Shown here one piece after another: positions 62,204 through 64,000 of a DNA stretch of 64,000 nt. Numbering within the stretch: the stretch's first letter is position 1; each line of letters opens with the position of its first letter. Origin of the DNA: an uncultured Acidobacteriota bacterium (GTDB lineage Bacteria; Acidobacteriota; Vicinamibacteria; Vicinamibacterales; CAVPJW01); contig CAWGYQ010000007.1 of NCBI GenBank assembly GCA_963826865.1, positions 278,665-342,664 on the forward strand. The letters are read 5' to 3'. The notes under the pieces were generated by a model, which ran no database searches, was not told the DNA's origin, and saw only the letters and a list, made by a program, of their open reading frames with translations. Position numbers and translations under genes: made by a program.

Positions 62204-63418
62204 ATGATTCGCTGGGGCCCGCTCGGGCTCAGCGCCGCCCTAATCCTCGCCATTCCGATCCCGGCCGCCAACGCACAATCGCGACAGGAGGAGATCGCGC
62301 AGCAGCGCCAGAAGAAGGCCGAGGCGCTTCAGCCCCCCTCGCGAAACGTGTTCGAAGCCGTCGTGTTCGCCATCGAGGACGACATGATCCTCGATCGGAT
62401 TCTGAACCCGACGCGGAACTTCTATCCGCAGATCGGGGGCTTGGGCGAGGGAGCCGGCTTCGGCGGAGGTCCGGGTTACCGTTTTCTGATCGACGCCGTG
62501 GATTTCCGGGCGTCGGCGGCCTATTCGTTCAAAGACTACTGGTTCGCCGAGGTGCGGGCGCTCTTTCCTCACCTCGCCAACGATTGGCTCGTCGCGGAGT
62601 TTCGCGCCCGGCGCCGGTCGGCGCCGCAGGAGGATTTCTACGGTGTGGGTCCCGATTCCTCCGTCGACGATCGGTCGAATTTCGCCCTGCACGAAACGCT
62701 CGTGAGCGGGGCGGCCGCGCTGCAGCCCATCTCGCGGTTCCTGCTGGGAGGGCGCGTCGAGTACATCAACCCCAACATCGGGTCGGGCACCGACTCGCTC
62801 TTTCCTTCGACCGACGAGGTCTTCACGCCGGCCGATACGCCCGGGCTCGATGAGCAACCCGAGTTCGTCCGCACGCAGGGCTTCATCACATTCGATTACG
62901 GCGACCCTCCGCTCAATCCGGTCTTTGGCGGCCGCTACACCGTGACCGTGAACCGGTACCAGGATCGGAATCTCGATGCGTATTCATTCAACCGGATCGA
63001 CGTGGACCTGAGGCAGTACATCCCGTTCCTGCTGCGGAGCCACGTCATCGCCCTGCGAGGGTATCTGTCAGTGTCGAATCCGGACGAGGGCCACGAGGTG
63101 CCGTTCTATCTCCAGCCGATGCTGGGTGGCGCCTACTCGGCCCGCGGCTTCCGCTCGTTCCGCTTCCGCGATCGCAATCTGCTGCTCCTCCAGGCAGAGT
63201 ACCGGTGGGACATCAACGCGCTGATGACCGGTGCGCTCTTCTGCGACGCCGGCAAGGTGGCGCGGCGACAGAAGGACCTCGATTTCGAGGATATGAAAAG
63301 CGACTGTGGCTTCGGCGTTCGGTTCGGTACCAGGCAGGGCGTCAAGATGCGGCTCGATCTGGCGCTCGGGAGCGGCGAGGGCACGCGCTTTCTGTGGAGA
63401 TTCGACAATGTGTTTTAG
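62204..63418 (+). CDS. Omp85/surface-antigen (D15)-type outer-membrane beta-barrel without POTRA domains (copy 2)
   Basis: The ATG at 62204 follows GGAGG. Has a signal peptide (LSAALILAIPIPAANA), a coiled-coil and then the barrel. Motifs are LGGAYSARGFRSFRFRDRNLLLLQAEYRW, ALFCDAGKV and a terminal ...LWRFDNVF. It is a paralog of 60871-62076. Confidence 0.75.
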   Translation: MIRWGPLGLSAALILAIPIPAANAQSRQEEIAQQRQKKAEALQPPSRNVFEAVVFAIEDDMILDRILNPTRNFYPQIGGLGEGAGFGGGPGYRFLIDAVDFRASAAYSFKDYWFAEVRALFPHLANDWLVAEFRARRRSAPQEDFYGVGPDSSVDDRSNFALHETLVSGAAALQPISRFLLGGRVEYINPNIGSGTDSLFPSTDEVFTPADTPGLDEQPEFVRTQGFITFDYGDPPLNPVFGGRYTVTVNRYQDRNLDAYSFNRIDVDLRQYIPFLLRSHVIALRGYLSVSNPDEGHEVPFYLQPMLGGAYSARGFRSFRFRDRNLLLLQAEYRWDINALMTGALFCDAGKVARRQKDLDFEDMKSDCGFGVRFGTRQGVKMRLDLALGSGEGTRFLWRFDNVF

Positions 63419-64000
63419 GCACCGGCTGAAGCTGACGTCCGGGCGCGGCGCGGTGGGTGCCGCTCTCCTCGGACTGTCGCTTGCCCCCATCCTGTCCGGC
63501 GCGGCGCCGAAGTTCTATCCCGACGACCCTATTGCCGTCGACCGGGACACGCTGCTCGATGCCACGGGGACCCGGTCCATGGAGCTCAGCCAGGGATACG
63601 ACTTTCTCGAGAATACCTATGCCTCGCCGGGAGACGCCAGTCCAATTCGCGCGCTGAACGTCAATACGATTGATGAGGTCCCTGATTCGAGCTGGTTCAC
63701 CAACCGCATCGGCCATCGTCCGCTGTCGCTGGCCGAGATTGCGCGCGGCCCGGACAAGTTCGAGACCCTGAATATCGGTGAGTGGGTGGCTGTCGCCGGC
63801 AAGCCCACCGGGTTCCAGCCAGGCTTCCGGGCCATGGATGCGCGGAATCCCGGACAACTTTATCAACTTGAAGTCGATCCGCCGTCAAACCCGGAGATGG
63901 CTTCCGGCGCCGAGATGATCGGCACCGCCGCCTATCACGCGCTCGGCTACAACGTCGTCGACAACTACGTCGTGTACATCCGTCGTGAACAGGTGACCAT
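63408..64000 (+). CDS. Large secreted protein of unknown family (copy 2), 5' partial - runs off the window
   Basis: Not in the ORF track because there is no stop before the window end. ATG 63408 overlaps the upstream barrel gene by 11 nt. It reads MCFRHRLKLTSGRGAVGAALLGLSLAPILSGAAPKFYPDDPIAVD...NTIDEVPDSSWFTNR...DPPSNPEMASGAEMIG. By eye this is roughly half identical to the N-terminus of 59150-60874. Confidence 0.7.
   Translation, partial: MCFRHRLKLTSGRGAVGAALLGLSLAPILSGAAPKFYPDDPIAVDRDTLLDATGTRSMELSQGYDFLENTYASPGDASPIRALNVNTIDEVPDSSWFTNRIGHRPLSLAEIARGPDKFETLNIGEWVAVAGKPTGFQPGFRAMDARNPGQLYQLEVDPPSNPEMASGAEMIGTAAYHALGYNVVDNYVVYIRREQVT

Overview
The window is a high-GC (about two-thirds G+C by eye), gene-dense bacterial chromosomal segment. 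I saw no rRNA, tRNA, CRISPR array, transposase or integrase. Gene content resembles soil Acidobacteriota/Gemmatimonadota-type genomes, but that is only a guess.

Layout:
- 0.2-12 kb: LytS/LytTR two-component pair, an orphan nuoI-like ferredoxin, a fused homocysteine methyltransferase/MetF, an M24 peptidase, Lon, and a coupled KAS-II-like / FAD-reductase pair.
- 12.1-26.3 kb: a nine-gene co-directional MoxR/vWA (Bat-like) membrane cluster. The order is TPR-metallopeptidase, DUF4159, MoxR, DUF58, BatA_N-vWA, a 1207-aa DUF4175-like coiled-coil protein with a (GQQ)n tract, a vWA membrane protein, and a legumain/caspase-like protein.
- 26-33 kb: rhomboid, an FHA-GAF-PP2C phosphatase, an IPMS-like synthase, an M28 peptidase, gltA and yacG.
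- 33-44 kb: a phosphate/polyphosphate island. The minus strand carries phoU-pstBACS-porin, two thymidylate-kinase-like paralogs and ppx. CHAD-sixA-lipid kinase run divergently.
- 44-59 kb: an orphan response regulator, a low-GC methyltransferase islet, glgC, an alkaline-phosphatase-superfamily enzyme, GT2, PHP, P450, DUF47-pitA, PhoR/PhoB-like genes and a redoxin.
- 59-64 kb: two divergently transcribed paralogous cassettes, each a POTRA-less Omp85-type barrel followed by a large secreted protein of unknown family. This is my best candidate for an undescribed system.

The other striking point is the number of reading-frame breaks in otherwise well-conserved genes. At least 9 fall within DUF58 plus BatA/vWA at 16.6-19.4 kb. 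There is one each in gltA and the lipid kinase, and probably one each in GT2 and at the ppx 3' end. Every break I could resolve is a single-base insertion. That pattern looks more like a sequence-quality artefact than natural gene decay, but it needs read-level verification.

Many long ORFs in the track are antisense shadow ORFs typical of high-GC DNA and were rejected.
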